Notes under the pieces: model-generated
What the model was told of the DNA's origin: nothing
Databases searched by the model: none
The model's input: only the letters and a program-made list of their open reading frames with translations
Assembly (NCBI RefSeq): GCF_006345805.1
Contig: NC_043000.1
Location: 81,592,001-81,656,000, forward strand
Direction: 5' to 3'
Length of the DNA stretch: 64,000 bases
From: Octopus sinensis
Taxonomy: Eukaryota
In this document: positions 1 through 13,286 of the stretch, piece by piece
Numbering within the stretch: position 1 is the stretch's first letter
How the letters are laid out: each line of letters begins with the position of its first letter
Made by a program: the position numbers and the translations under genes

Positions 1-1559
1 AGTCCCACAAGGTCTTGTAATTCTCATTTTCTATCACAGCATGAAGTCAAATTTGCTTTTCATCCTTTCAGAGTGATAAATTAAGTACCAGTTGAGTACT
101 GGGGAGGCCAATGCAATCAACTATGCCCCTCCCCAAAATTTCAGACCTTGTGCCTCTAGTAGAAAAAATTATCATTATAAAAAGGCAGTGAGCTGGCAGA
201 ATCATTAGCCTGCCAAGCAAAACGCTTAATAGTATTTCATCTGTCTTCACGTTCTGAGTTCAAATTCTGCCATGGTCGACTTTGCCTTTCATCCTTTCAG
301 GATCAATAAAATAAGTACCCATTGAGCACAGGAATCAATGTAATCAACTTACCAACTCTCCTGGAATTGGTGGCCTTGTACCAAAATTTGAAACCATTTT
401 TATTAAAAGCATCAAGTTGACAGAATTGTTAGCATGCCAGACAAAATGTTTCATGGCATTTTGTCTTTTTTTACATTCTGAGTCCAAATTCTGCTGAGTT
501 TAATTTTGCCTTTGATCCTTTTGGGACCAATGAAATAATTACCAGTTGATCACTGGGGTCAAGGAAATCAACTAGATCCTTCTCTGCGAAATTTCAGGTT
601 TTGTGCCTATGATAGAAAGGATTATTATTGTTAATTATAAAGCTGTTATTGGAATATTTAAGATATGATAAATGAGAAATTTGAGTCACACATTAAGTAA
701 ACCAGCAATCACTATGCAACACCACCCCCTCAATAACCACCACTACCATTACAGCAACTATCACCAGAACTATCAAATCATATATCACTACTCCCACTTC
801 CACTGGCATCGACCCAAACCACCCCACAACCACAACCACAGCCATGCCATATAACACAACCATCACCTTCACACTCATACTACACCATTGTATCACTATA
901 CAAACCATCATGCCTGTCAGCCATCAAATCACCGTGCTTCTAACCACACCACCACAACTATCACCACTACTACCACTGCCATCAACACCACTACCACTTC
1001 TCATAGATTTTCCTCAATTTCCTTTTTCATGTTTCAATAATACATGTACAATTATCATACAAATATTTATTTATTATAATTATAATTATATTTATTATAA
1101 TTAGCACTTTTATATTTCTTTTTAATTTCAATAATTTTTTTTGTTTGTTAATTTTTACTTTGTCCTGACTGGCTCAATTAAAATTAATAAAATAATAAAT
1201 GCTTTCCACTCCACTCCTCTCTTCTCTTTTAATTAATATAATTTTATTTTTATTCTACTTTTTAATTTTTTCTCTACTTTTAAGTTATTTATTTACATTT
1301 TGTTGGCATTTTTTCATTTTTTCCTTTCATTTCGTTTTTGGTATTTTTTCATTTTTATCATTTTTGCTTTCCTCATTTTATTGCTACCAAATGGACTCTA
1401 CCACCCTATGACACCTATTGACAGGTAGATGAACTATATCATTCAATAGTACTTGCTTAGAACTAGGTGAGCTGCATCAGTCTGTGGTGCTTACAACCAA
1501 ATGAGTTGTACTACCTTGTGGTGCCTATTTATGATTTAGTGAACTACCATATGGTGTCT

Positions 1560-2000
1560 ACTGTTGAAGAAGAGTAGAACAACAATGACGTAGAGATTGT
1601 CATATGCTATGAAGGCCAATCACAAAATGTTGAGCCTTACAAAGGAGATGACAGAGGACCGAGATATGTGGCATATTGCTGTACTCAAGAAGACTTACCC
1701 ACTACAACAGAATTGAGATCCAAAAACTAAGATGCCATATAAAAAGCATTGGTGTGGGTACTGGTGCCAGGTAAAAATCACTAGTGCTGATGGCACATAA
1801 AAAGCACTGATGATGATGCCATGTGAAAAGCACCCAGTACACTCTGTAAAGTAGTTGACATTAGGAAGGCATCTTGCTGTAGAAACCAAGCCAAAACAGA
1901 CTATGGAATCTGGTGCAGCCCCTGGCCTTGCCAGTTCTTTTCAAGCCATCCAACCCATGCCAGTATGGAAAATGGATGTTAAATGTTGATGGTGGTGGTT
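1560..2000 (+). mobile_element. Old RTE 3' fragment
   Basis: Encodes LSLTKEMTEDRDMW (the RTE has LGLTEEMTSDRDLW), followed by the RTE-type 3' UTR. Confidence 0.65.
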
Positions 2001-2852
2001 ATGGTGGTGGTGGCGGCAGCAGTGGAGGAGGAGGAAGACGACGACGATGACAACACATTGAGCTGCTTACTCAGTTGTCTTCTCCAGGAAGGCTTGAAAC
2101 ACACAATTTCTCCACAGAAAAAGTTTAGCATCATCCTCAGTGATTTATGTGAACTTTTGCATGTCAGCATGGATTGAACAGTTTTTCTAAGGCAGTGCCA
2201 TATGGCTGGATGCCTTTCCAAGCCATTTAGCACTCTTAGTCACTCTTTATATGTGACATTCCAGGAAGTGGTACACCTATTCCAAAACTGAATTACACTC
2301 AGTTATTCACTCCTAGAAGATTTCTCACACTGAAAATCTTAAACTTTGCATTTACTTGAGGAAGGTAACAGAAAATAAATCCTTACTTATGATAGTTGGG
2401 TACCTAAGCTACTTATGTTACTTAGTTACACCCAGATGTATCTAGTAGCACTTAGCTAGACTATAACACCTGTGGTACTAACTCTGAAAGATTATGTTAC
2501 ACTCATTGTACCTGTAACAATGAGATACAGCCTGTGGTATTTATTAAAAACTCAGTGGGCTATACCACTTTGTGGTACCAAATTACTGCCAGGTAAATTA
2601 TATCACTTTTTTATATCCAGTCACTGATAGGTGAACTGGTAGCAAACTAGCAGAATTGTTAGCACACCAGGCAAAAAGCTTAGCAGCATTTTGTCCATCT
2701 TTACATTTTGAGTTCAAATTCTACTGAAGTCAACTTTGCCTTCTTTTCCTTTCCAGGTCGATAAAATAAGTACCAGTTGAGCACTGGGTGGAGTCTATGT
2801 AATCAACTTATTCCTCCCATGAAATTTCTGGCCTTGTGCCAAAAATTGAAGC

Positions 2853-2894
<42 letters not shown>

Positions 2895-3089
2895 CATTAT
2901 CATTTTTTATCACAGCCTCTGGGTCATGTTCAGACCACTTTGTTGTTTAGAGTAAAGATTATTTGCCAACGTAATATGGCAGTCCAGGGGCTAAATTACA
3001 GCAACATTTGTCCTAAACCAGGACTGCCATATTATGTTGGCAAATAATCTTTACTTCAAAGTACTGTTGCTGAATATCTCTCGTTGTGA

Positions 3090-4095
3090 GATATACAAAT
3101 AGTAATTTCCACTTTGTTGCTGCTTTGAAGCCACACACTTGACTAACATCCCAATCCACTTTTTTTGTCTACAGTCATGTCTACACTTATATTTCTTTTG
3201 TGTTAGTATACTGCACTCACTCAAAATGTGATTGATACTCTCCTCTCCTTTCCAGCAGATTCAACATTTACAGTCTGATTGAGCTTTGTCAACCATTGCT
3301 TTGGTCAAATTTGTTTCAATGGCTTGTTCCTTAGCAGCTATAATTAAAGTTTCTGTTTCTCATTTCAAGTTCCTGTCTGTCAACCAAAGCCAGCAGACTT
3401 CACTTTCAACATTTTTGGATATATTTTGCATGTATTGGCCGTGCAGTTCCATTTCTTTCCATTTGTTTATTTTGTTGTTCTTTCTTTTCTCTTTGATTTC
3501 AAGTTTCAGTCACTATTTTGTATTTCTAGCTGCTAAATGTATTCTTTCTATATTCTGTACAATATAATTTTTCTACCGCAGTATCACAGTACCAGCAATG
3601 TGTCCTGCATTTAGTAATCCTTTACCGCCTTCCCTTCTTGGCAAGTAAAATTGATCAGTGTTACTTTTAGGATGGAATGCATTATGCATTGTTAACAGTT
3701 TTCTGGTTCTTCTATCTCAGTTCTGCAGTTCTATCTTTGTCTATTTCAGAAATGGGAAGAGTATCTCAATACGGCATTGTTTTGAGCACCTTCTTAATTC
3801 TCCTCTTGTACTCTTTAGTGAAATTCTCTTATATTTCTCTTTCTGTTATCTTGTCATCTTGCAGTACCCCAAGGTATTTGTACTCTTCATTATTCCACAG
3901 CAATCAAACAATATTGTCTTGTGGTAATTTTATGTCACCAGACTTTAAGTTCTGGTCTCTCTTCATAGTTAATACTTCACACTTATCTACCCCAAATTGC
4001 ATCCCAGTGCCTCCACTGAGTATTCTCGCTGTTTAGAGAATCCAGGTCTGTCTGTAAATATCTTAAGATCATCCATATAAAGTAGGTATACATGA
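3090..4095 (-). mobile_element. R4/Dong-like non-LTR retrotransposon remnant (RT core + C-terminal zinc knuckle)
   Basis: YLLYMDDLKIF (YMDD at 4068-4079), MQFGVDKC, YKYLGVL, RTRKLLTMHNAFHPKSNTDQFYLPRREGGKGL, LHGQY, ETETLIIAAKEQA and C.ICWKGEESINHILSEC. Contains stops and frameshifts. Confidence 0.8.
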
Positions 4096-4701
4096 AATAG
4101 TAGTTAACCATCACTATATTTCATTCAGTAGTTTTGCTTTGTTATGCCCTTCCCAGATAAAGGAACAATGTCCATCTTGTCCATCTTCCTTTAAGAAGTC
4201 TCTGAGCTTAATGTTGCAAATAAATGAAAACACCATATCTCATTAGTTGCCACAGTAAGAAGTATTGACTCAAGGTATTATCTCCTGACCAGCTGCCTAG
4301 TATGAATGCTTACCACAAAATGGACTCCATTAAAGGTACTCAAGAACTAGGTAGTGCAGTTAAATAGGGTGAACTCTATTAAAAGTACCCAAGAACCATG
4401 TGACATTAAATTGGGTGGACTCTACACAAGGTGTCCATGTGCCAGATGGTGGTATTAAGCTGAGAGACTGATTAAATCTGCTCTCCAACAGATACATTCC
4501 ATCTGATGATTTTCCTTCCACACAGTTTCTCCCTGTCCTAGTTCACTCTCTAGGTTGTGTGGTTAAAAAGCTTGCCTCTCAACCATATGGTCTCAGAGTT
4601 TAGTCTCACTGTGAAGCATATTGGGCAAGTGTCTTCTGCTTTAGTCCCAGGCAATCAAAGCTCTGTAAATAGATTTGGTAGATGGAAACTGAAAGAAGCC
4701 C

Positions 4702-4742
<41 letters not shown>

Positions 4743-5729
4743 TGTGTGTGTGTGCATGCGTGTGTGGTGTGCATGCGTGTGTGTGTGTGTGTTTATAAAT
4801 ATATGCTTGTTGTGTGTATCCCTATCTTGGTATCGCATGATGGTTGTAAATAAGCGTCCCCCTCATACAAGAGATTTTTTTCGTTTCTAGTCTTCTATGT
4901 TTTTCATATTCTGACTATGGGGAAATTTTACTTTACTTAGAAATAGGTGAAGGTTGGCAGCAGGAAGGGCATCCAGCTGTAAAAAAAATTGCCTCAACAA
5001 CAAATTGATGATTATGTTCTTATTTCACAAGTGCTGTGCTGTGGGATTTTTATCAGCCATCTCATGATTGTGAAACAATCTTTTTAACTACACCTAATTG
5101 TTAATTAGAACATGAAATATTAAATGTGTGAATGTCTGAGAATAGTTGTCTAAAGACAACTGTAATTTGTCAAACTAATGAATATCACCATCAAAGACAA
5201 AATATATTTGAATATCTACATCTACATTTTATTCAGCTAGTTTCAAAGTATGATCACCATTGTCAGGTGTCTTATCCTAGGATATGTCTGTAAACAGCAC
5301 CAGACTGGATTTGAACTAGGGATGTTTTTATTTCTCAACTAAGGATAGAAATGATCTTATCCACTGCACCATATCCAGGAATAAAACACTTGACAACTGG
5401 AGATAAAAGTGACCTACTTAGTGAAAATATAGATATCAAGATATGTCAATAAGAAAATATGTTTCATTTGTGAAGAGGAAAGTAATTAGTTCAGAAAATT
5501 ATAATTGGATATAATTGGATTAAATGTAGTTTGGTTGGATTCTCACTTTCTCGTTATCTTTTTATCTAGCTTTTTATCTGTCTTTTTATCTAGCTTTCTT
5601 TCTCTCTCATTTTATTGTTTACAATCTCTCTTTATCTCCTTCTATCTCATTTGAATACTAAATTGGTTTCTTTGTCTAGCTCTCTCCTGCTCTCTCTCTC
5701 TCTCTCTCTCTCACTATGTATAGAATGAT

Positions 5730-5785
<56 letters not shown>

Positions 5786-6168
5786 GCAGATAGACAGACA
5801 GACAGATAGGCAGACAGACAGATAGATAAATCACCCTATACACCCCCTCTCTCTCTCTCTCTCTCTGTAATTATCTTTCTGTCTGTTACTTTATGTCACA
5901 CGCACTTTATCTTTCATTTCCTCACTTTTACTCTCTTTTTTCTTCTGCCTTCATTTTACTTCATATTCTTCATCTTTCTCTGCTTTCCTTTCTCTTTTCA
6001 TTTCATTTCCTGTCCTTTCTGTTCCATTTCTCCACACCCTATCCTATCTACCACCATTCATATATATATGTATCACTATCCCACAGACACTCTCTGCATT
6101 TCTCTCCCTCCCTCTCATATCTCAATATACATGCACTTCACTCTACCCCATTATATGTATATTTGCAG

Positions 6169-6263
6169 GAACTTCACCAGGCCTTAACCAGGGACTGTGT
6201 GGAATATCCGGAGCTGAAGAATGATTTGATAGTCATTGAACACATGATACAGCTCAGAGCAAG
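6169..6263 (+). CDS. RAPGEF4: Epac/RAPGEF4-like, first exon found in window (end of REM region)
   Basis: Splice sites tttgcag|GAA and AAG|gtgagt. Translates ELHQALTRDCVEYPELKNDLIVIEHMIQLRA. Phase joins the next exon in frame. Position fits the post-REM helix of Epac2, but sequence similarity here is weak. Confidence 0.8.
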
Positions 6264-6470
6264 GTGAGTGCACCATGTTAGCACTAGCAGCATTCTAACT
6301 AACTGATGCCATTCCAGTTGTAGTTGCATCTGCAACTAACTCTATTGTAATGTCAGTTGCAATCTATCTGCTACAGCACTGACTAAATATTGGTGAAGCA
6401 GGCATTAAAATCATATATATAACACACACACACAAACACACACAACACAAATACATACAAACACATATAT

Positions 6471-6936
6471 CATCATCATCATCATCATCATTTAGCGTCC
6501 GTTTTCCATGCTACATGGGTGGACGGTTCTACTGGGGTCTGGAAGCCAGAAGGCTTCATCAGGCCAGTCAAATCTGCAGTGTTCTACGGCTGGATGCCTT
6601 TCTAACGCAACCACTCCGGAGTGTAGTGGGTGCTTTTTACGTGCCACCCGCACTGGTCCAGACAGAGCTGGCAAACGGCCACGAACGGATGGTGCTTTTT
6701 ATGTGCCACGGCACGAGGGCCAGGCGAGGCTGGCAACGACACGAAACGGGGCGGTGCTGGCAACGGTCGCGAAACGGAAAGTCTCTTACATGCCACGGCA
6801 CTGGTAACACATCTGCAATTTCCATTGATCGATTTCGATTCTGATCCTCACTTGCCTCAAGGGTCTTCACAAGCAGAGTTTCGACATGCCACCGGCACTG
6901 GTAGCACATCCACAATTTCCATTGATCGATTTCGAT
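6471..6936 (-). mobile_element. RTE 3' UTR-type fragment with (GAT)n tail
   Basis: Shares 'cagctggatgcccttcctaacgccaaccactc' and the 'gtgctttttacgtgccacc' modules with the RTE at 20139. Internal duplication at about 6790-6840 and 6886-6935. Confidence 0.8.
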
Positions 6937-6942
6937 ATATTT

Positions 6943-6995
<53 letters not shown>

Positions 6996-7249
6996 AATTG
7001 AGATAGGGGTTGTAAATGCAACCCTCCATGGGATAACATATATCCAATATACTGCTAGTGAAGTACCCAACAAAGTTAATACATAAATGTTAATGATTGC
7101 GATGCAATCAATTCATTTACTGTATTATATGGGCAAAGGTAAAATGATTTACCACAAATTACTAATACAAGATAAGAAAATGGAGAAATACATATATATA
7201 TATTTATGCATATACATACTTATATATATATGTATACATATACACATGC

Positions 7250-7290
<41 letters not shown>

Positions 7291-8116
7291 TGGATATATA
7301 TGCATTTACATATTATATATAGGTGCAGGAGTGGCTGTGTGGTAAGAAGCTTGCTTCCCAACACCATGGTTATGGGTTCAGTCCCACTGCATGGCACCTT
7401 GGGAAAGTGCCTTCTACTATAGCCTCGAGCCAACCAAAGCCTTGTGAGTCAGTTTGGCTGACAGAAACTGAAAGAAACCCATCATGTGTGTGTGTGTGTG
7501 TGTGCATGCGTGTGTATCTGTGTTTGTCCTTCCACCATTGCTTGACAACCGATGTTGGAATGTTTATATCCCTGTAACTTAGCAGTTCAGCAAAAGAGGT
7601 CAATAGAATAAGTACTTGGCTTACAAAGAATAAGTTCTGGGGTCGATTTGTTTGACTAAAGATTGTTTTCAGCCAGCTGCAGTCAAATGACTGAAACAAC
7701 TAAAAGAATAAAAGAATATATATATACATATACATATACATACATACACACACACGCACACACAGACATACATATATACACGCACATACATGCATACATA
7801 TATACATACACACACATATACATACATATATGTTTATATATTTGTGCGTGTGTTTGTATATGTATGAATGAATAATTCTCCATTGTTCCATGAAGGAGAT
7901 CAGTTGATCAACCAACTGAGATACCTGTTCCCAGATTTACTCATAAGTGGCTGTGTATTCCACAGACACATGTACCACTACCATAAATCTCCAGCAGAAT
8001 CAGCAGAATCAAATGGGCTTCCTTACAAATTTGCTTCTCTCAAGACATGAGTCAACTCAATGAAATGAGATTATATGTATTAGGTGAGGATATAAAGGCT
8101 AAGTATGTGTGAATAT

Positions 8117-8330
8117 AAGTATTGATTAAATGTTAATGTAAGTGTTGCTTAAGTGTTAATGTAAGTGTTGATTAAATGTTAATGTAAGTGTTGATTAAGT
8201 GTTAATGTAAGTGTTGATTAAATATTAATGTAAGTGTTGCTTAAGTGTTAATGTAAGTGTTGATTAAATGTTAATGTAAGTATTGCTTAAGTGTTAATGT
8301 AAGTGTTGATTAAATGTTAATGTAAGTGTT
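8117..8330. repeat. 23-bp minisatellite, about 9.3 copies, with 46-bp higher-order alternation
   Basis: Consensus AAGTGTTG(A/C)TTAA(A/G)TGTTAATGT. Odd units carry TAAAT and even units carry TAAGT. Confidence 0.95.
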
Positions 8331-8943
8331 AAAGAAAGGAAGGAAGCTGACAGAATTGTTAACACGCCAAGCAAAATGCTTAGAAGTATTTCGTCTGACT
8401 TCATGTTCTGAGTTCAACTTCCACCAATGTCAACTTTGCCTTCCATCCTTTCAGGGTCAATAAAATAAGTACCAGTTGAGTATTGGGGTCGTTGTAATCA
8501 ACTTACCTCCTGCCCTGAAATTACTGGCCTTGTGTCAAAATTTGAAACTAATATGTGTTAAGTGTGAATACAGGTGTTAATTTAGTGTATTTTTTGCCTA
8601 CTTTGGTTTCAATTTTATTCAAGTGGACCCCCATAGCCACTAAATGTTTAAAAAAATTCTGTCATATTTTTATAACTGAATATTATTAAGAATTGTGTAA
8701 AAAAAAATAAGATATTTTGTGTATTGTAGAAGAATAAGCAATTTGTAGCACATAAATTTTAACAACAGAATCTTAAATGGACCCCAGTTGAGAACCACTG
8801 ATTTAGCATGTTTATTACTGTCGAATAAGTGTAAATATAAGGGTTGATTTATTGTGAATGTAAGTGTTGATTATGTATGAATATTTGTTAAGTAGGATTA
8901 TATGAAGTGATTACGTATATTGAAGTATGAATATAATTGTTAC

Positions 8944-9340
8944 GGTGCAGGAGTAGCTGTGCGGTAGGTAGCTTGCTTATGAACCACATGGTTTCAGGTT
9001 CATTCCCACTGCACAGCACCTTGGGCAAGTGTCTTCTACTATAGCCTTGGGCTGACCAAAGCCTTGTGAGTGAATTTGGTAGACTGAAAGAAGCCCATCA
9101 TATATATGTATATATATATATGTATGTGTGTGTATATGTTTATGTGTCTGTGTTTGTCCCCACAACATCGCTTGACAACTGATGCTGGTGTGTTTACATC
9201 CCCATAACTTAGCGGTTCAGCAAAAGAGACTGATAGAATAAGTACTAGGCTTCCAAATAATAAGTCCTGCAGTCGATTTGCTCGACTAAAGGCAGCGCTC
9301 CAGCATGGCCACAGTCAAATGACTGAAACAAGTAAAAGAG
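8944..9340 (+). mobile_element. tRNA-derived SINE family 2, representative copy
   Basis: Head GGAGTAGCTGTGCGGTAG...CAGGTTCATTCCC, core CACCTTGGGCAAGTGTCTTCTACTATAGCC, internal (TG)n, tail GCAGTCAAATGACTGAAACAAG. Other copies at about 4550-5000, 7320-7705, 10380-10750, 26810-27070, 34490-34760, 54740-55040 and 55150-55440. Confidence 0.85.
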
Positions 9341-10800
9341 TAAGTGTGAATATGCATTGATGAAATATGAATATAAGTGTTGGTTAAGCCTGAATATAAG
9401 CATTGATTATGTGTTAAATGTTTTACATTTACCTAGAGGTTGTGAGTTCAAAAGCTGGGTCAGTCAAATAATGTATACACTCTGGTTCAAGCAAAATGAG
9501 TGAACACCATTGCAATAGTAGAGTTACTAATGAGGAGAATATCCCAAGCAAGGAGAACATAATGAAAACTATCTTCTTCTGTGGATTGAATAAATAAAAA
9601 GTTTGGTTTGAAATCCCAACACAACAAGTATCTGAAGACAGCCAGAGGATACAATAAACTGTGGACAAAAGTCTGAAAGTTTTATTGTGTAATAATGATA
9701 ATTCCTCATCTCATAAATTCAAATAAAAATTACTTATATTTATAAACATACGTATGTCAGTTGATTTTCAATTTTATCTGTAAACATATTGTCATAGTAA
9801 TTTAGTGAATTGATACATGCATAGTTTGAAGATCAAGGTGTTTATCTAGGTTGAGCCACTACTTTTCCTCATTGAGAGATCACAGCTCTAGTTCTATGGG
9901 CATGGGATCAGAATATTGTAGGAAAGAATTACAAGACAGATTCTTCAAATCAAACCAACCATCAGAAGACCTAGGGCTAGAACAAGATGGTTGGATAATA
10001 TCCATAGTCTTAGATGGTCATGCTTGGGAATCCACCCAAGAAATCTATTGACATTTGCTTCTGATAGGACCTTACGAAGGAGTTAGCTGAAGATTCTATC
10101 CCCCTGACCCCCACCCCCCCCAAACTCCCTAAGAATAGTAGGTGGAAAAGATGGGTGAAATACATGTAGTATTTCACCACTGAACTAATCTTTTCAATAA
10201 TCTGAATCTTATATGTGTGTGTGTGTACACACACACACTCACACACACACATACACACACATACACACACACACATGCACAAATACACACAAGCATACAT
10301 ACTCACACACATATATACAAGTATGTATGTATGTATATGTGTGTGTTTATATGTATGGATGGATGCATGCATGTATGCACAGCTGAGTGATTAAGAAGTT
10401 TGCTTTCAAAACCACGTGGTTTCAGGTTCAGCCCCACTGCATGGCTCCTTGGGGAGGTATCTTCTGCTATAGCCTCTGCCTGACCAATTCTTTGTAAGTA
10501 TATTTGATAAACAGAAACTATGTTGAAACTCCGCCCTGCATGTGTGTGGGGGTTTGTCCTCCACTATTGCTTGACAATAAATGTTGGTTTGTTTATGTCC
10601 CTGTAAATTAGTGGCTCAGTGAAAGAAACCAATAGAATTGGTACCAGACTCAACAATAAGTACTGGCATCAATTTGTTTGACTAAACCCTTCATGGTGGT
10701 GCCCAAGTATGGCTGTAGTTCAATGGCTGAGAAATTTAAAAGATAAAAGATATATACGTGCATACTCATGTATATATATATATATATATAATATATATAA

Positions 10801-11333
10801 TATGAGGATTTATAGAACAAGAATCCTATAGAAACTCAACAAACTGTTAAAGATGGAGAAGAGAAGATGTTAGAAATTTGTAAAGAATTTAATCCATGCA
10901 TACGACTGTTTCAAACAGCAATATTAACATGTAAATAACATGGTAGAAAAATTAGTTGTGTATGTGTTTTAGTTCATACACAACTAGACTCAACGACACT
11001 ATCTTAGCATGCTCTTAATCTTTCATAAGGATAATGTGTATATCCGAATATTTTATGTGTTAATCACTCCATCAAGTCTTCTGTAACAATAATAATATTA
11101 TTATTTTTTTTTTATGTATCCTTCTTTTGCACTGAGGAGAAGAGTAACATGTAATTAATTTAATTTTAATTTAATTAATTTCTAATTTTTCTACCATGTT
11201 ATTTACTTGTTAATATTGCTGTTTGAAACAGGCGTATGCATGGATTAAATTCTTTACAAATTTCTAACATCTCTTCTCCATCTTTAACAGTTTGTTGAGT
11301 TTCTATAGGATACTTGTTCTATAAATTCTCATA
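10801..11333. repeat. Long inverted repeat (arms 10801-10955 and 11182-11333), MITE-like
   Basis: About 150-bp arms with about 4 substitutions and one 3-bp indel, spacer about 226 bp. Confidence 0.9.
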
Positions 11334-11521
11334 ACACCCCTTATACTTGTAGCATTTTCATATTCTCAAAATTCTTATAACAGTAAGCTACCAATGCAAT
11401 ATGAAGAATTTTTATTAGAAATAGACCTTTGGAACCCTCCAAAGTAAAGGATGAAATAGAAACCAACCTTTTCTCTCATATATATATATCCTTTCTCATC
11501 ATTCTATTATTATTTCACCAG

Positions 11522-11661
11522 TAATGTTTGTACAGACCCTGCAAAATACTCAGTGAAGAAACGACTCACACCTAATGTAACCCTGGCTCGGAAAGGCTCA
11601 AATGAGAATTTAATAGATGACAGTAAATTCAGGAGAGGACCAATTAAGGCTACTGATGAAA
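11522..11661 (+). CDS. RAPGEF4: Epac/RAPGEF4-like exon (REM-RA linker)
   Basis: tttcaccag|T and GAAA|gtaagt, 140 nt. (S)NVCTDPAKYSVKKRLTPNVTLARKGSNENLIDDSKFRRGPIKATDE. The end resembles Epac2 'RQPIRGSDE'. Confidence 0.88.
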
Positions 11662-11771
11662 GTAAGTATAAAATACGATGACAAAGTTGTCACTCTGTCC
11701 CCGACTAACACTTGGTAGTGAGGAGATTTTCTTTCTTTTGTTAGTTATTAATTCAATTACCTCTATAATGG

Positions 11772-11806
<35 letters not shown>

Positions 11807-13068
11807 GGGAAAGTTTACGAAAATAAACAAAAGACAAAGACACGTGGAGTACAAACAAACAAATGTATTAGTATAGTGCTCAGGAATAGAAATAGAAATA
11901 TATTTATATATATATATATATTAGGGAGAGAGATAATGATGCCAAAAAACAAATAAAATTGCTTGGGCTGGAAATAAAACACACACACATATACACTTGC
12001 TTAAAAGCCACACTTTGTGCAGACTTTTAGGGTAGCTTCTGTGGAGTGCTAATTGGGCTTGTAGCCCAAAACTAAGGAGAGGAAAAGTGATGTCTCCTTT
12101 ATTGTCTTGCTGAATGCTTCCATTTCCCAGATCCAGTTGCTGAGCTACAAATCTTCCAGCATTCAAATCTCTGACTCCACCAAAAGTTCAATCTGGCCAG
12201 AAATTCAATCAGGCCAAAATTCCAATCTGGCTGAATGTCCTATTTCGGTGGAAGTCTGATTTGGGCCAAAAGTCCAAATTGGGCCAAAAATTCAAGTTCT
12301 TCCATATTTTCTTTCAAGCACTTCAATTCACAAACTCTGCAGAACTTTGAAAACTCTCACTCTAGCTTGGATCTAGTTTTAAATGAACTGAATTGAAAAT
12401 ATTTCTAAATTCAAAAAGTTTTGGTATTACTTTAAATTCAGTTTAAATGAAAAACTTGTAGGTTCACACAGTTTTGGAGTTCTTTTAAAATTTGAACTTT
12501 CAACTGTTAGCATATATAACAAATCCTCATCCAGACCAGATCTCAATGCTGGATGTTCAAGAACCAAATGAAGGGCAGATTTTCAATCCTGGGATCATCC
12601 TGATTCCAAAAAGGTGTAATATGCCTATGTAGAGCAAATGTAGACTGAGATACAGGGGCCCTAGACAGACAGACCAATTTTCAGACAATATTTATCTATC
12701 AACAGAGCAGACTGACACAAAGTACAACGACACAAGAAATTGCATCATTATTCCCATATCTGCTCACCTGGGTTCATCTTAAAGCCACTCTTTATCCCAC
12801 AGGCTTAGTCCTTAGTAAAGGAGTAAGTTCAAATCATCTGAGCATCACTAAGTGTTTTCTATATTGAGAATCTCTAGATCTCATTTGTTAATGATATACA
12901 CACACACACACACATTTACTATTAATTGTCAGAAAAAAAGAGTTAAAAAGTACTCAATACCCTGTTAGAGATTAATAATATATTCTTTTGTTTGGTTAAA
13001 TCAGCCTCTTGCTACTATGAGTTTCATTTGTAGATACTGTGTGCCTGTAGGTAAAACACAGGGTGGCA

Positions 13069-13255
13069 AGAGGCTGACTAGACCAAAACTATATGTATGT
13101 ATGTACCTACATATGTATGTATTGTTTTTCTCATTATTTCTTTTCTTGTTTTTTAATCTATATAATCTATATAATGATTTCACATAAGCATGTGTGTGTG
13201 TGGATGTATATGTATATATATGTATGTATATATGTGTGTATATATATATATTATA

Positions 13256-13286
<31 letters not shown>

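Noticed and set aside
1-6168. Further upstream Epac exons (cNMP, DEP, REM)
   Set aside because: I found no segment with splice sites and Epac similarity. The region is SINE, LINE and low-complexity sequence. A small exon could have been missed.
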